Assembly (NCBI GenBank): GCA_030704615.1
Contig: CM060734.1
Coordinates: 3,472,001 to 3,536,000, forward strand
Direction of reading: 5' to 3'
DNA length: 64,000 nt
Source: Takakia lepidozioides
Taxonomy: Eukaryota > Plantae > Bryophyta
The notes beneath the pieces were generated by a model, which made no database searches, was not told where the DNA came from, and worked only from the letters and a program-made list of their open reading frames with translations. Positions 26,368-39,200 of this stretch are shown here, piece by piece. Numbering within the stretch: position 1 is the first letter of the stretch; each line of letters begins with the position of its first letter. Made by a program: the position numbers and the translations under genes.

Positions 26368-28400
26368 AAGTCCAGTTCTCAGCTTTGCCACCAAAGCCAC
26401 TCTAACCTGCTCTTGACTGGTCCTCTTCCCGATCGTGCTTGCTCATGCATGTACACAATCTGAAACCATCAAGGTGCTCTGGAATTACCTGCAGCATGGT
26501 GCTTTCATCTCTGAAGCTGAAGATCGAATGCCAAGGTCTACTACCTCGTAACCCACATCGCCTCCGGGCGCTTCTAACAACCAAGAACTTGATGATGCTC
26601 CTCGCATCCAAACCTGATTTCTCTCATTCTCAAGCAAAAACCACAAGTGCTACAACTAACTCGTATCTGGCACTAACAGATACGAGCTAATTTTTCTCGA
26701 GTGATAAAGAAGAAGAATACAAGCACAAGCTCATGCGAGCTCACAAAGCTGAAGCTTAAACTTATGCATATATAAACTCATCACTCAAATACAAGTCAAG
26801 CCAAGTGCACCCCACGCCATGGGGAATCCACACTACGGCGCCATAGCTAGGCACGGTGAGGCTCAACTCGAGAAAGATGAGCCTCCCTTGCTTGCCGTGA
26901 AGATAACCACTCCAGGGCCTAAATCTGCCTTGACCCCTGGATTGACACTTGGGCCAATCCCAAATATCAATATGTAAAAGCTAGCTATTTCCTAGCTAGT
27001 TTCGCACTAGTGGTAAAATAACTTGACATGATTTTCGAAGCTACTTTCAAACATGATTTCATTGCCCTCTGGGTTCGAAGCCTCAACCTCCAACAGGATT
27101 ATCAGACTTCAAGTAGGCTTCACTTGCCATTGTACGGGGTCCAGATGAGGAAGTGACCCGTCGCATTGGTGGCTCATCGTCTCGAGAGCGTTGGCGTGAT
27201 GTTGAAGGTCGTGAGAGTCGGAACGGTTGATCTGGTAGTTGGGTAAGCGACAACTCCAATGTATCTGGTTCCTATGACTCCATGTTGCCAATACAAGATG
27301 CAAGAGTACTGGAAGTGTGGCTATAGACAGAGGGCTGTATGAGAATGGTGCAGGAGCCCGTGCTGATGCGCTGGCCGAATCCATCCTGGAGCGTGCCTGG
27401 TGCGCTAAGAAAAACCCAGTTCCTGAAGAGGGGTGAGATCTTCTCAAGTGAGGTTGTGAAGCCATGGTTGGAAAGCGTGACTCTCCAAAGGTCCTTGATT
27501 GGTGCTGTTCCCGGGAGCCATTGAGGTGAAGGGAAGAAGAATCGGGGACCACTAATCCACTGAAAAACGATGTAGTCGGGGACCACTGTTCCACAGAAAA
27601 ACCGAGCTATCCAGAGACACTTAAGAGAGCCTTTGCAAGAAATATTAGAACCGCAAGCTAGAAAAAACAAGGACGTAAGCTAACAACCACCGAGAGAAGG
27701 ATCTAGAGACACTTAAGCGAGACCAAGTGCAGGAGGAAATAGAAAGAGCTGGAAGAAGCGGGAAACGTCTCTGTAGATAGAGACCGCCGCATTAATTAGA
27801 GGCGGTTCCGTAAGCCGACGAATCAGAGATCCACCCGTGTTGATAGAAGATGAATAAGGGAGGAAGGATGAACAACCGATGATGGCTGAAAAAAGCAGCA
27901 AAGAAGGGGATATGCATATCAAAGGATAGAGAAAAGGAAGGGGATGCAGATAATGGGATCCTTTGCTTGGGAGTGTAGAGGGATGACCAGCTTGGGGTGG
28001 TGAAGATGTGATGAGAGAGAAGAACCGACCGTTGGGGAGCCTTCCACAAACCACAGAGCTCCGCCATCGCCTCTTATTCGTTGCTCTTAACCACCACACT
28101 ACGATGCTTTCGAAATAACTAATGTTTTATTATGTGCATTACCAGTACCTGTTTTATGTGTTTTATGGGCAGCAGCAAATTGATTTGCCCCAGCAGACTG
28201 AGCCGCAGCAGACCCTCCTACGGGTAGGGGCGCTCCCACCCTTCACGACCCCCACACGTGGGCCCCGCCACAGGCACAGGCGTGCTCATTGAAGACGCTA
28301 TTATCTTTCAATGAGAAGCTCTAGGCCATATGCCCAGGTAATCAGGTTATAAAACTATCTATCAGATGTCACTCTCACCTCTCTGGATGAATGCATTCAG

Positions 28401-28885
28401 GCTGCTGAACAACAATCAAGTGACAGGGACGCTGCCAGTTGAGCTGTTCAATATCTCAACTCTCACTATAATGTGCGTACGCTCTTTAACGCTCTTGCAG
28501 ACCGCATTATTAATATCAGGCTATTTTGGAGGTTTTATTTGCGCATGTCGATCGATGTGAAGTTGAATGATCACGTTTCTAAGGATATATATATGGAGGT
28601 GCTAGCTGCCTGAGCTGCTGCAGTTGTGTGGTAGCTGTTGACTTTGTTACTAGGAGTTGTCTTATGCCTGAGGTCGTCCATCCTAGCCTCTTCTGCTGAG
28701 GTTATCTGGAAGAACTGCATCTACTGGACCATGAGCAAAAGGAAGCCCACAGTAGACTGATTTGTATCGTGGTGATAACGAAGGACTTCAATATCTGAAA
28801 AATCTACCAGTAGACAGTTGGATAACAATCCGATTGTTGACTCAATACCAGCGGAATACACGCAACTTCCCTCCCTGATAAAGCT
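28401..28885 (+). pseudogene. Two orphan 72-nt LRR exons of an LRR-VIII-1 RLK (28401-28472 and 28814-28885)
   Basis: AG/GT-bounded 72-nt exons encoding LLNNNQVTGTLPVELFNISTLTI and QLDNNPIVDSIPAEYTQLPSLIKL. Confidence 0.8.
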
Positions 28886-29939
28886 GTATGTACTTCCCTC
28901 GTACTTAATACAGTAGAGATCTCATGTGATCTCTGTGATTTCAATTTGTTTATTTTCTAGCTGCACAGCTATGAGGTTCTAACTGCAGTATGAGCTCATT
29001 TACAGTAACTGCTCAAGAATTGGAAGATCGTCACACCTAGCATATCAACTTGCTAAGCTCGCTCGAGCACTTTCGATCTGGTCCAAGAGTTGGACCCAAT
29101 TTAAATGTTGTGGGTGGGGGCCATTGGCTATTTTATAGGAGCCTAAGGAATTGCTCACTTTCAGGGAGCATTCCAGATCCGTTTGGAGCATTGACCAACC
29201 TGACCTATCTGTAAGTGGTCGCAGAGGCTTTGGCTCGAGCTCCCTGTGCAATACTACCTAAATTACACTAAATTTAGGCGTAAAGAAAGTCTCAAGATTT
29301 TCTCACCTACACTTGTATAATTTTATATATGACTACTTGAAGTGATCAAGGATCCAATTAGACAGTCAAGAACTATTTTATCATGCTGGCAACCATTCAA
29401 TGAAATCTTGAAGGCGTTTGTCAGTCAAGGAGTCAGTCGTTCACATTTTATGGCGAACCACCACGAAGACCCTCGATTCCCGGTGGTGAGTCGCGGTGAG
29501 TCTTGGCCCACTCACCGTGGCCCCAATGGACCGTGATGAGTCCCAAGACTCCCCACGACTCCCACCTCAAGGTCTCCACCCCATGGTGAGTCCTATGCCA
29601 CCCCCACTAAGTCCCGCTAAGCTACCACCACCCCTTGTGGAGCCACCCCCACTGCAACCCGGTGTGCGGGGATCCACCTAGTGAGCGCCTCCGCCTCCTT
29701 GAGTGCCTTGGGCACTCAAGGGTGCTTCAGCCCCCGTACCTATCGCTGCTAGTGCCCCCACCACATGGGCAGCCCCTCTTGTGTCCCGACCCCCCTGCCC
29801 TCAAGGCAAAGGGTCGCGACACACCGGGTCTGTCCAACTACCCAGCATATTCGTAAGCGCCAAACACCACAAAAACGAGTTGTTGCCACCACAATTTGGT
29901 TAAGAATGTATCACCTTTTATTTTTCATCCACACAGGAT

Positions 29940-32756
29940 GTGGCTAGACGATGGAGCTTCTCCAATGTCATCGTGGGCTTCAGAGCGCGGGAGTAGTGCT
30001 TTCCCCACCTCCACCAGAAAGTCGGCACCAAGGGCGAGATCAGCTATGGCCACGTACTTTACCATCCGTGACTTGTACTTTATGCGGGCCCTGGCCTCCG
30101 CAGCTTTGAGATAGGACTCGAGTGCCGGGAGGGTTAGATTCTTCTCCTCTGACTCCATGTAGAACCTCCGCGCATGTGCCAAACCCTGCTGAATTTTCGT
30201 CTGTCAAGAATGCGCACATAAGATTAGAGATCCTGCTCAACACTTTTTCTTCTATTGGGGAGGAGAGACACATTAGCTCAACAAACAGTGAGGAGCTTTA
30301 CCCGAAATATGTAGTCCACCATGGCGTCCATGCTCAGCCTATATCAGGTTCTGTCTGCCTTTGCCTCCGACTTGCGCAGGAGGTCGGCACTGAGCGAATT
30401 GGCAAACTCTTGCACCCCCTGCTTCCTGACATCCTTCACTCGGAAGAGCATATGGGACAAGTTGGTGGCAATGAAGGCATTCTCAGTCACCCTGCAATGC
30501 CACATTTCCATCAAACAATACTGAAATGGGAATTTTCAACAAATATGAGGATTCGCAATGAAATGACTTACAATCGGATGGGTCCAAAAGCAAGAGGCGT
30601 TGTAACTTACGAGTTGATGTCCGCCATTGCAGCTTTGAGAAGACTGCGATCTTTGGGCCCCGCAACCTTCAGCACAACACACTCCACGGCGAAATGCCAA
30701 TCGAGGTCGTTGGGGTGGGCTTCGGCTATGTGCTCCATCCATGCCAGGAGGCGATGATTGCCGTCCCACACGTAAAACATCTTACCGGACAAGTGCTGGA
30801 AAAGAGGATCAGTAGCAATCGTTCTCTCGAACTCCTCATTTCGCCTTTGCCAATGGGGACCCCATTTGTCCACCTCATCGGAAGTGTGGGCACGGGAAGC
30901 TCCGTGGTCGTTCTCAATGGAAACGTAAAACGCGGAAGACCCCATTCGATATCCATCCTGAAAAGAGAATTTCAGCTTGTCGATATCGCCTGGGAGGGCA
31001 GGTCTCACCACCTACAATGACACCAAGCGGCAAAGGGGAATCCGAAGCTTGGCCGGGTACACCATGCCCCCCAGCACCCTGCCAATGTTGCTGTGGGTTG
31101 CCTCCAACATCTTGGCAGCGGCCAACTTCATATCCGCCTCCGACATGACATCTGCTGCAGAGGGGTTCTCCAGCAGCCCACCAGGACCGCCAAATCCAGC
31201 CTGTATGCTGCGGGTTTGGGGCCTGGGGATGTCCGGGAGGATGTCATCCTGGTCAGAAAGCTCCCTGTCGTCCTCCTCAACATGGTCAGCCACCGGCGAA
31301 ACCACCTCGAGCACTCTCCCCGTCTGTACTGCCCTCTCCCCGGCTTCACCTTGAACTGGCACAATCCGTGCTCTTTCTGGTGTTTTTGCCTCTCCTCCAC
31401 TCTCCACCGTATGGGTAATTGCAGGGGCTGCTCTTGCCCGCGATGGTCTAACCGGTGTGTTACTGCCTCTCTTTGTGGTGTCTTGGAGGGATCCACCGTC
31501 TCTGTGCGTCCCTCGCTTACATTGGCATCTGTCATTTGGGTACCCATGGCCTCTTCAGTGGCCTTTTCTCTTTCCTCCTGGCTAGCATTTTGTCTCGCCT
31601 GTTCTTTTGCCCTCTCTTTTGCCCTCTCACAGGCTTTCTGTTTCTTACTAGGGCTAGCAGCAGGGGAGCCCTCCAGGACGACCACCTTTGATTGAGGCGA
31701 ACTGACACCCTCGCGCGCACTGCTCACTCCCCCCTCCGCAGCCCGTGACGGCTCTCTCGCCGGGGATTGCATGTGCTTAGCTTTCTTCTTCTTCTTTGCG
31801 TGGGCGGGCCCTACTGCATGTGCATCAACAACCTCCATTGCCGGATCTGCTGTCCTCACGTCCTCACGCCCTTCACCTGCCATGCCGCCTGCACCAACCT
31901 CCCATGCCTATTCTGTCGTACTCTCGCTGCAAGTCCTCCGTCCACCAACAAAAGGTTTAGTTTGCCCTCTCGCCCCAAGTTGGGCGATTCAAACATGCGA
32001 TGAGTTGGAGCTGTCGATGATACCACCAACGTGCCGGGCTCGTTGTCACTCTATCATTCCCAAAAATCGTGAGAACCAACATCGGTGCCAAAACCAGCAT
32101 CGCAACGAGTAGCGCAACCACCTAGCAACAATCGTGGAACAACAATGAAAACAAAACAAGTTTAGGAAGTATGGAGTGCCATGGAACAACAATGAAAACA
32201 ATCCAACCAATGCCTAAGAATGACATGCACAAGCAGCCTTCTCCAGAGCTGTCGGCTTTGCACACGCATTGCAACTATGTAAGGTTCACTCAACCGGTAA
32301 TATGAAACACGATGAACAAATGATCAGGAATTCCATAAGACGGGAAAACAGGGTGAAATGTTTTGAAGGCACTTCATCTGCTCAGACATTCTTCTCAGCT
32401 CAGCATGGATTTCCTTAATTTTTAACCACTCACACCTTGATCATTCTTCGCAACAGCTCTTGCTTTTGCGATGCAACCATACGCTTCGAGTGATGCCAGG
32501 ATGAAGATGCGAAAAACAAAGCGAACAACAAAGCGAAAGCAAAAACGAAAGCGAACAAAGCGAAAGCAAAGTGGCTTGCCTGAGAGTACTCGGCTTCAGT
32601 TGGCGCGGGTTGTGAGCAAGACACTGGAATCTCCTGCTGGAGCTTAAGTTTGGCCATGCGAGAGATTGGCCGTCGTCCAAAGTACAAAGCTCTCAACTTC
32701 CGCCGCGGTTTGGATGTGGGGTCTCTCTCAGGAGAGCCACGCCCTTCAGGCGACAA
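29940..32756 (-). pseudogene. Copy B: 5' half of the ParB-like/MTase-like gene, divergent and degenerate
   Basis: LRIPLCRLVSL*VVRPALPGDIDKLK..FYVWDGNHRLLAW..AMADINS, VTENAF..T*YRLSMD and LAHARRFYMESE..KYKSRMVKYVAIAD align to copy A with the same intron positions. Contains stops and a frameshift, and is truncated at about 29940. Confidence 0.85.
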
Positions 32757-32999
32757 AAGTCCCAGCCAAAAAGATAAAAGATCTCAGTTTTTTGGGGTAC
32801 ATGCCTCGAATAGAAGTTAATCCAAGTTTAGCATCAGATTTAGGGTACGTATCGAGGAAGCAACCGCGGAATCCCTGTATCGCCAGCCCGAATCAAAACG
32901 GACGGCGGTGGACATTTAATGCCCAACTACGCAATTAAATGTTGGATGAAAGCCTCCCTGTCGGATGAAATGTGACGCAACTCGGCCCCGAATTTCCAA

Positions 33000-33500
33000 N
33001 NNNNNNNNNNNNNNNNNNNNNNNNNNNNNNNNNNNNNNNNNNNNNNNNNNNNNNNNNNNNNNNNNNNNNNNNNNNNNNNNNNNNNNNNNNNNNNNNNNNN
33101 NNNNNNNNNNNNNNNNNNNNNNNNNNNNNNNNNNNNNNNNNNNNNNNNNNNNNNNNNNNNNNNNNNNNNNNNNNNNNNNNNNNNNNNNNNNNNNNNNNNN
33201 NNNNNNNNNNNNNNNNNNNNNNNNNNNNNNNNNNNNNNNNNNNNNNNNNNNNNNNNNNNNNNNNNNNNNNNNNNNNNNNNNNNNNNNNNNNNNNNNNNNN
33301 NNNNNNNNNNNNNNNNNNNNNNNNNNNNNNNNNNNNNNNNNNNNNNNNNNNNNNNNNNNNNNNNNNNNNNNNNNNNNNNNNNNNNNNNNNNNNNNNNNNN
33401 NNNNNNNNNNNNNNNNNNNNNNNNNNNNNNNNNNNNNNNNNNNNNNNNNNNNNNNNNNNNNNNNNNNNNNNNNNNNNNNNNNNNNNNNNNNNNNNNNNNT
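33000..33500. other. Assembly gap (N run)
   Basis: 501 N bases. Confidence 1.
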
Positions 33501-34669
33501 ATTCCATGGAGATTAAAGCAAAACTGTTGCCATCCGGTGTCTGTCACGGTGGTATGTACCCCATGTAGCGGTTCATGAAATAATCTTTAGGATACTGTTA
33601 GTAATTACTCAAAGCCAGAAGGGAGTCGTCTGCAGTAGTTCTGGATTGAGGCCCAATTGGTGTTCATTACTTAAGTATTATGCAACATTTGAATGCAATC
33701 AAAACAAAAGCGGACTTGGGATGCAATGCGGAGGAAGGGGTTTGAGGACGAGGTCTTTGAAGGTGTCGGCAAAAAGGGGGACATGACTGGAGCTGGAGAG
33801 ATGCAGCACAAATTTTGTATGTGCTGAACAATACCAATGTCATGGCTCTTTTGGGGCAGTGAGTACTTTCTTTTCATTGCAACCTTATTCATAGCAGTTC
33901 AATTTCAATTTTGACTGTCACCAGTTAATCAAACCACCCACAAAGTCACAAATGTCAGTGGTTCATCCTGATTATAACCAATGTTGTAGTAACGGAATGT
34001 CCTGAGTGAGTGACTTGTTTGGAAGAGCATGTTCATTTTACAAGTCATTTTGCTCACTCCTCCAGTGGTTTGAAACAGTGGTTTTCAAAGTATCATTTAT
34101 TGCTAGTATTTTTTTTGCTAAGTAATGCAATACTTCATTGCTAACATGTGTCATTCTTGTTGCCATTTTTGTGACAAAAAGTATGCAACAGAGAGGCACA
34201 GTTCACACAGACAGAGGGCATGTGGTGATGAGTGGCGTGCCCATCGACGTCTACCTTTATCAGATCAACCAATACCTAGGTCAATTAGATGGTCCCACGG
34301 CTCTAAATAAAGAAGACCGGGCTATATTGTCTACCATTCAAGCGGCATTTGTGCAACCAAACCGCTATTCTAGTTGAAGCCAAAGTGAATTTCAGAGGGT
34401 GACGAATATGTTTCAGATTCAGAATAAATTTTAATTGGTTGGAACCATTGTTCTATAGCATCATCCCCACAATGGTCTGGCACTTGTTTGTTTTTCAAAG
34501 TCTGTCACAGCTGCACAAACCCTTAAAAGTTTTTCATGTATCACCAAAAGTTGGTCCCAATCACTGTTGTGTAGGCCAACCACTCATGAGCACCCCTAGC
34601 ATAGTGGTTCCAATTACTGCAGTATCTTTCACCCACCCCACTCTCCACCCTGTCAAAGTGGTAGCAAAT

Positions 34670-35045
34670 CAATGAGGTGTCTTTAACCACTCAAGATCAA
34701 CGTGCCACTGTCCCAGTCCACGTGGAATATATTATATATGAAATAAAATATATTTCCAAATAATAAATCACAAATAAAATTTGAATTATTACACGTGGAG
34801 TAGCAAGTGGTTTCAACCACTTCCCATCACTGAGGTGTCCTATAACCACTCAACAATATACCACTACACTCTCCACGTGGAATATTATATTCATTATTAA
34901 ATGTATTAGCAATAAATAATAGAAATAAAAACAAATTATTACACGTGGCTACTGAGTGGTTGAAACCACGTCCCAACCACTTCTTGATGCCACCGTGGCA
35001 TTTCATTGGGATTAACCACTGGCAAGTGGTTACTAGTGGTTTATA
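34670..35045. repeat. Two tandem ~155-bp hairpin units, each with paired CACGTG around an AT-rich loop; probably a MITE-like element
   Basis: AACCACTC..CCACGTGGAATAT..ATTATTACACGTGG..AGTGGTT occurs twice. Confidence 0.6.
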
Positions 35046-35269
35046 GAGTGGAAAAAAGACAGTAGGGTTAAAGGGCCATTTGTTTATTCCAACGTTTTTC
35101 TTCTAGTGGATCCCTTGCCACTCCGAAGCCAACATTCCAACTGCTGGACCAAGCAAATCCGTTGACAGCTGATACTGGAATATCGATGGAAGACCACTGC
35201 AACCCAGGATTGAATCAGTTGCATGTCGCCCTAAGAGTTCCATCCAAGGAGCCTTCCTGCCACGACCCC

Positions 35270-36212
35270 ACACTTTACACCCTTTTTTACACCTGCAGGT
35301 GTAAAAAAAAATCCACATGCTCACACCCCCCTGGGTGTAAGGTAAACCGTGTTGATTCCACCACCCTGTAGAAAAAGCCAGTGGTGTCGAAAAACCATCT
35401 TCCACCCATCTACACCCTGACGTGGCACCCGGCCTGTCTGGCTTTTTTGACACCCGTTTTGACTAGCATTTCTTACATCCAGTTCAACTGGATTTTTTGA
35501 CGGCTTATTTTACACCCTTGCTTGACAATGTGGCAAATTCAAAATTCAAAATTCAAATTCCAATTTTCAAATTCAAATTTTGGCGATTCAAAAATTCAAA
35601 ATTTGAAATATGCGTTGACCGTTGACCCCACCCCATCCTAGGTCAACGGTTCAGCACACACCATCCCACACATTACTAGACAATACACACTTGAACCTAA
35701 GACCTCCTCATTATAACATCACTAAGTTGCTATACACTAACCAACACACCTATTACACATACATGCACAACATAAGTGGTTTGATTGTATATAAACATAA
35801 CAAACTTTGTCCTACCAATGTGGCATAATCCATACTAGTGTAAAATAAGCCAAGTAACCTTTCTCACACCATGTCTAGTCAGCATGTCACATATGAGTCC
35901 CTTAATCGACGTGTCCAACCAATGTGACATAATCCACACTAATGTAAAATAAGCCGCGTAACCTTTCTCACACCAAGTCGGTCACATGGCCACCTCATAT
36001 AGTTGAATCCCCATGGTGTTTGATTAACTTAGCCCTATAGACCATTTTCTCACACTAGGACAAAAAAGCGGTGTTGAGATAAGCCATGTATATTGTTTGA
36101 CACCTTGCTCATTTGACACCCACGAAATTTTATAGGGGTGTAAGATTATGTGTAAGAAAAGCCAAGTGTAAACTACCCCTGGTGTAAAAAAAAGCCAGGA
36201 TCTCTTGTAGTG
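35270..36212. mobile_element. Non-autonomous CACTA-like fragment (right terminus only)
   Basis: Ends in TCTTGTAGTG (reverse complement CACTACAAGA). Subterminal TTTACACC/GGTGTAAA repeats occur at both ends. No matching left TIR or TSD was seen. Confidence 0.55.
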
Positions 36213-39200
36213 TCCCTCTGGACACATAAACTCCAAAGGCAAGGCACTGCAGAGGGACAGGCCAACATCACCAGAGGTCTACCCTAGCCTAAAACCGCCA
36301 AACTCCATGCAGGCAGGGGGGGTCCAAGGTACCCTGCCAACAAAAGCCACTACACGTCCAGTCCAAGGATCCATCATTCTTCTAGGAGTTTCCACTATGG
36401 ACCCTATGCAGGAAACGGAACAGGGGCCGCTGCGCAAAGACCATCTCATACTATCAACTCCAAAGGCAAAGCAATTCTCACGGAAAGATCTTCAATACCA
36501 GAGGTTCACATTACTACTCCCACCAAGCAAGCGGGCCCTAAGATTACCACAGGTATCTCGTGCAATTCTACTTCGCCAATACCTATCTCCACTCAAATTC
36601 CTTTGCCTCGCTAAAGCCTCAAGGGTTGCTCAGGTTTGGAAGTTGGGGCTGCCCGAAGGCTGCTTGGTTTCATGAATCTCTATTATCAGAAAGGGGAACG
36701 CTCCGACAATTCTCATTACATCAGATGATTGCGAATGTGTGGAATCTCTATGGATTACAAGACGAAGATGTGCAACGTTCAACTTAGGGTCCAAACATGC
36801 CCCCCGGCCTTGCAGCAGTCCTGAAATGTTGTTCAAAACTCAAAATCCAAGAGTTCTTCCGAGCAATCTTACCTCATTACCACCCTTGTGAGCCTCTTCA
36901 ACAAAAAATTCTTGGGGATCTTACGTGGATGACCATCCAGGGGTATTGGGCCATGGCCTTCAACACAGGTTTTGGCTCTTATGGAAGAGGCTGAAATTTA
37001 CAACAAACCTCCCCCTTTGGGTGATATGTTGACTTATGAGAATGGTTGAAGCGCCACTGTGTTCTCACAGGCTCCAAAGTAGAAAGTCAAATACCCTGGT
37101 TAGAGTAAGCGGTTCCAGATGTTGGGGACCAGGCTAGTCTCGAGGTGCCCAAATTTGAGTGGGGGAGAAATCATCGAATGGAGATCCAAAGAACCAAGAA
37201 CTATATCAATGGCATCATGGACCACCAATCAACCCTGTTACTTCCTCGAAGGAGCCGGCGGACTCATCACCAATGGCAGATGATGGCAGCTGGGAGGGAC
37301 TGGCAAAAATGTCAACGCTCTCCAAATCTCGCCGCCCACAGTACTACATATGAGCCAGGCCTCTGCCTTGAAGAGCTCTCCTTCACTGGTTATTCCACCT
37401 AACCCCACTCCCTCACCATCTGGGGTGGCTCTCTGAGGTGCGTCCTTCCCCCTTGTTTTCTAGTTTCAAGTGCAATTGAGGGAATCCAATAGGGGTATGC
37501 CGTGAGTGTGTGTGAAAAAGTAAAAACCAGCGGGGAAACAATTAAGGCATTTGCTGCCACTTTTTCACTACCAGATCATCATCCCCTCGGCACTGGGGGA
37601 GCTGCCTGCGCTCGATGGTTCCTCTGCTCGAAGGCACCCCTGTTTTGAATCTCTGTTTACATCAAACTTCCTTCCCAACAGATGCCTCAATTCAAACGAT
37701 CACCATTTCCTCTGTCACATCAGACCAGTTGTCCAGGCTCTCCGTTAAGCGGGGCAAAACCCGATTCTCTAAGAGGAATCTTTATCCAGTTCTAAAAAAA
37801 AACACGGAAGCCTCCACACAACTATGTTTTGGTGATCTCTCTTCGACCAAAAGCCAAAAAAGTTAAATTCTGCTTCCACAACCAAGGGCCATCAAATATG
37901 ACTACAGGTCAAAGCCTGCCTCACCTTCCTGATGAAACTTAACCTCCACTCTTGGAATATTCGAGGGCTCGAGGCATACCCTACATCCCTCAAGAGGATT
38001 AAAATTAAATCTTGGCTTGCACACCCCTCTTGAGGGAAGACTCTATCATTATCCTACAGGAACACAAATTAGATCAATCCAAATTAGCTCTTCTTAATGG
38101 ACCATATGTGCCCGTTGGCATCACCATTGTTGGAACGCGACAGCTCCGTGTAAGAACTCAAGATCCGCCAGAGGTGGGACAGCAACCTTTGGATTCGCAA
38201 ATGAAAGAGAGCTGGCTGCCTGGGAGGCTGCAATTCTGCGCTATTTCCCTTCCCAACAACCAGGGTACATTGTGTATAGTAATGTTTACGCGCCAAACTC
38301 TTCCTTAGAGATTGCAGTATGAATTCTGGGACATTTAGACAATAAAATGAGAGAGCAACACTGCGGGTCAACAGTTGGATTTTCGGGCGATTTCAATATG
38401 GTGGAGGTCACCATAGACAGACGAGGGAACCGGTTTCATTCAACCCAAAATGCTGAGGAAATGGATCATTGGAACTCATGTGTTCTAACCCCCAGCCTGA
38501 CCGAGACAGTTCCAATTTCCAATCAGGCCTCCTCCATCTCCTTTACTTGGACAGACATAGGGGCACTCTCGCGGGGTTTCGTAACAGTTGGTATGGGTTA
38601 GAATAGAACCATTAGTTTTCGCTCAAATCGTAGTTCAGAGCTCCAAACGTTTGCCCCAAGAACCAATCCCTTTACCATGCACCTATCACAGTTTCAATCT
38701 CTATTCAAGACTCCCAACGTAGAGGTAGGGGCCTTTACAAGATTAACAACCTCCTTCTTAAACTCCCAGCTTTCAAGCTCGGTCTCTTTCAGCCCTGGAC
38801 CTCAGCAGGAAACGCAACGCAGAACCCTACTGACAAATTCATGGCTAAACTGAGAATTGTTAGTATTGAGAGTCAGAAAATGAGTAAGGCCCTAGCAGAG
38901 ATCTGCAAGAGGAAGGTTGCAAACGATTAACAAAAATGCTTGAAAGTTTGTCAATCTAAAATTGAGTCCACCCGCTGTGATGATCACACCTATCACACCT
39001 ATATGGAGGCCGCGATGCCACCCTGGATGTTCACTTCAAAATCCAGGAATGCAAGTGGAAGTTACAGAGGAGGTGGCTTGTGAATTATGACCTAACTTGG
39101 TCCTTCCAAAGGGGAAAAAATGACAAAGTACTTTTTTGACAAAGCTAGACTGTAGAGCTTTCTCAAAGTATTACGGAACTGGTTGATCAATTATGTGGAA

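Noticed and set aside
29440-29890. GGTGAGTC/GACTC-rich segment as a hAT subterminal region
   Set aside because: No TIR or TSD identified; the resemblance is only compositional.
32927-33568. Long ORFs across 33000-33500
   Set aside because: Artefacts of the N gap.
33501-34380. Exon-like fragments after the gap
   Set aside because: No recognisable homology and too short to call.
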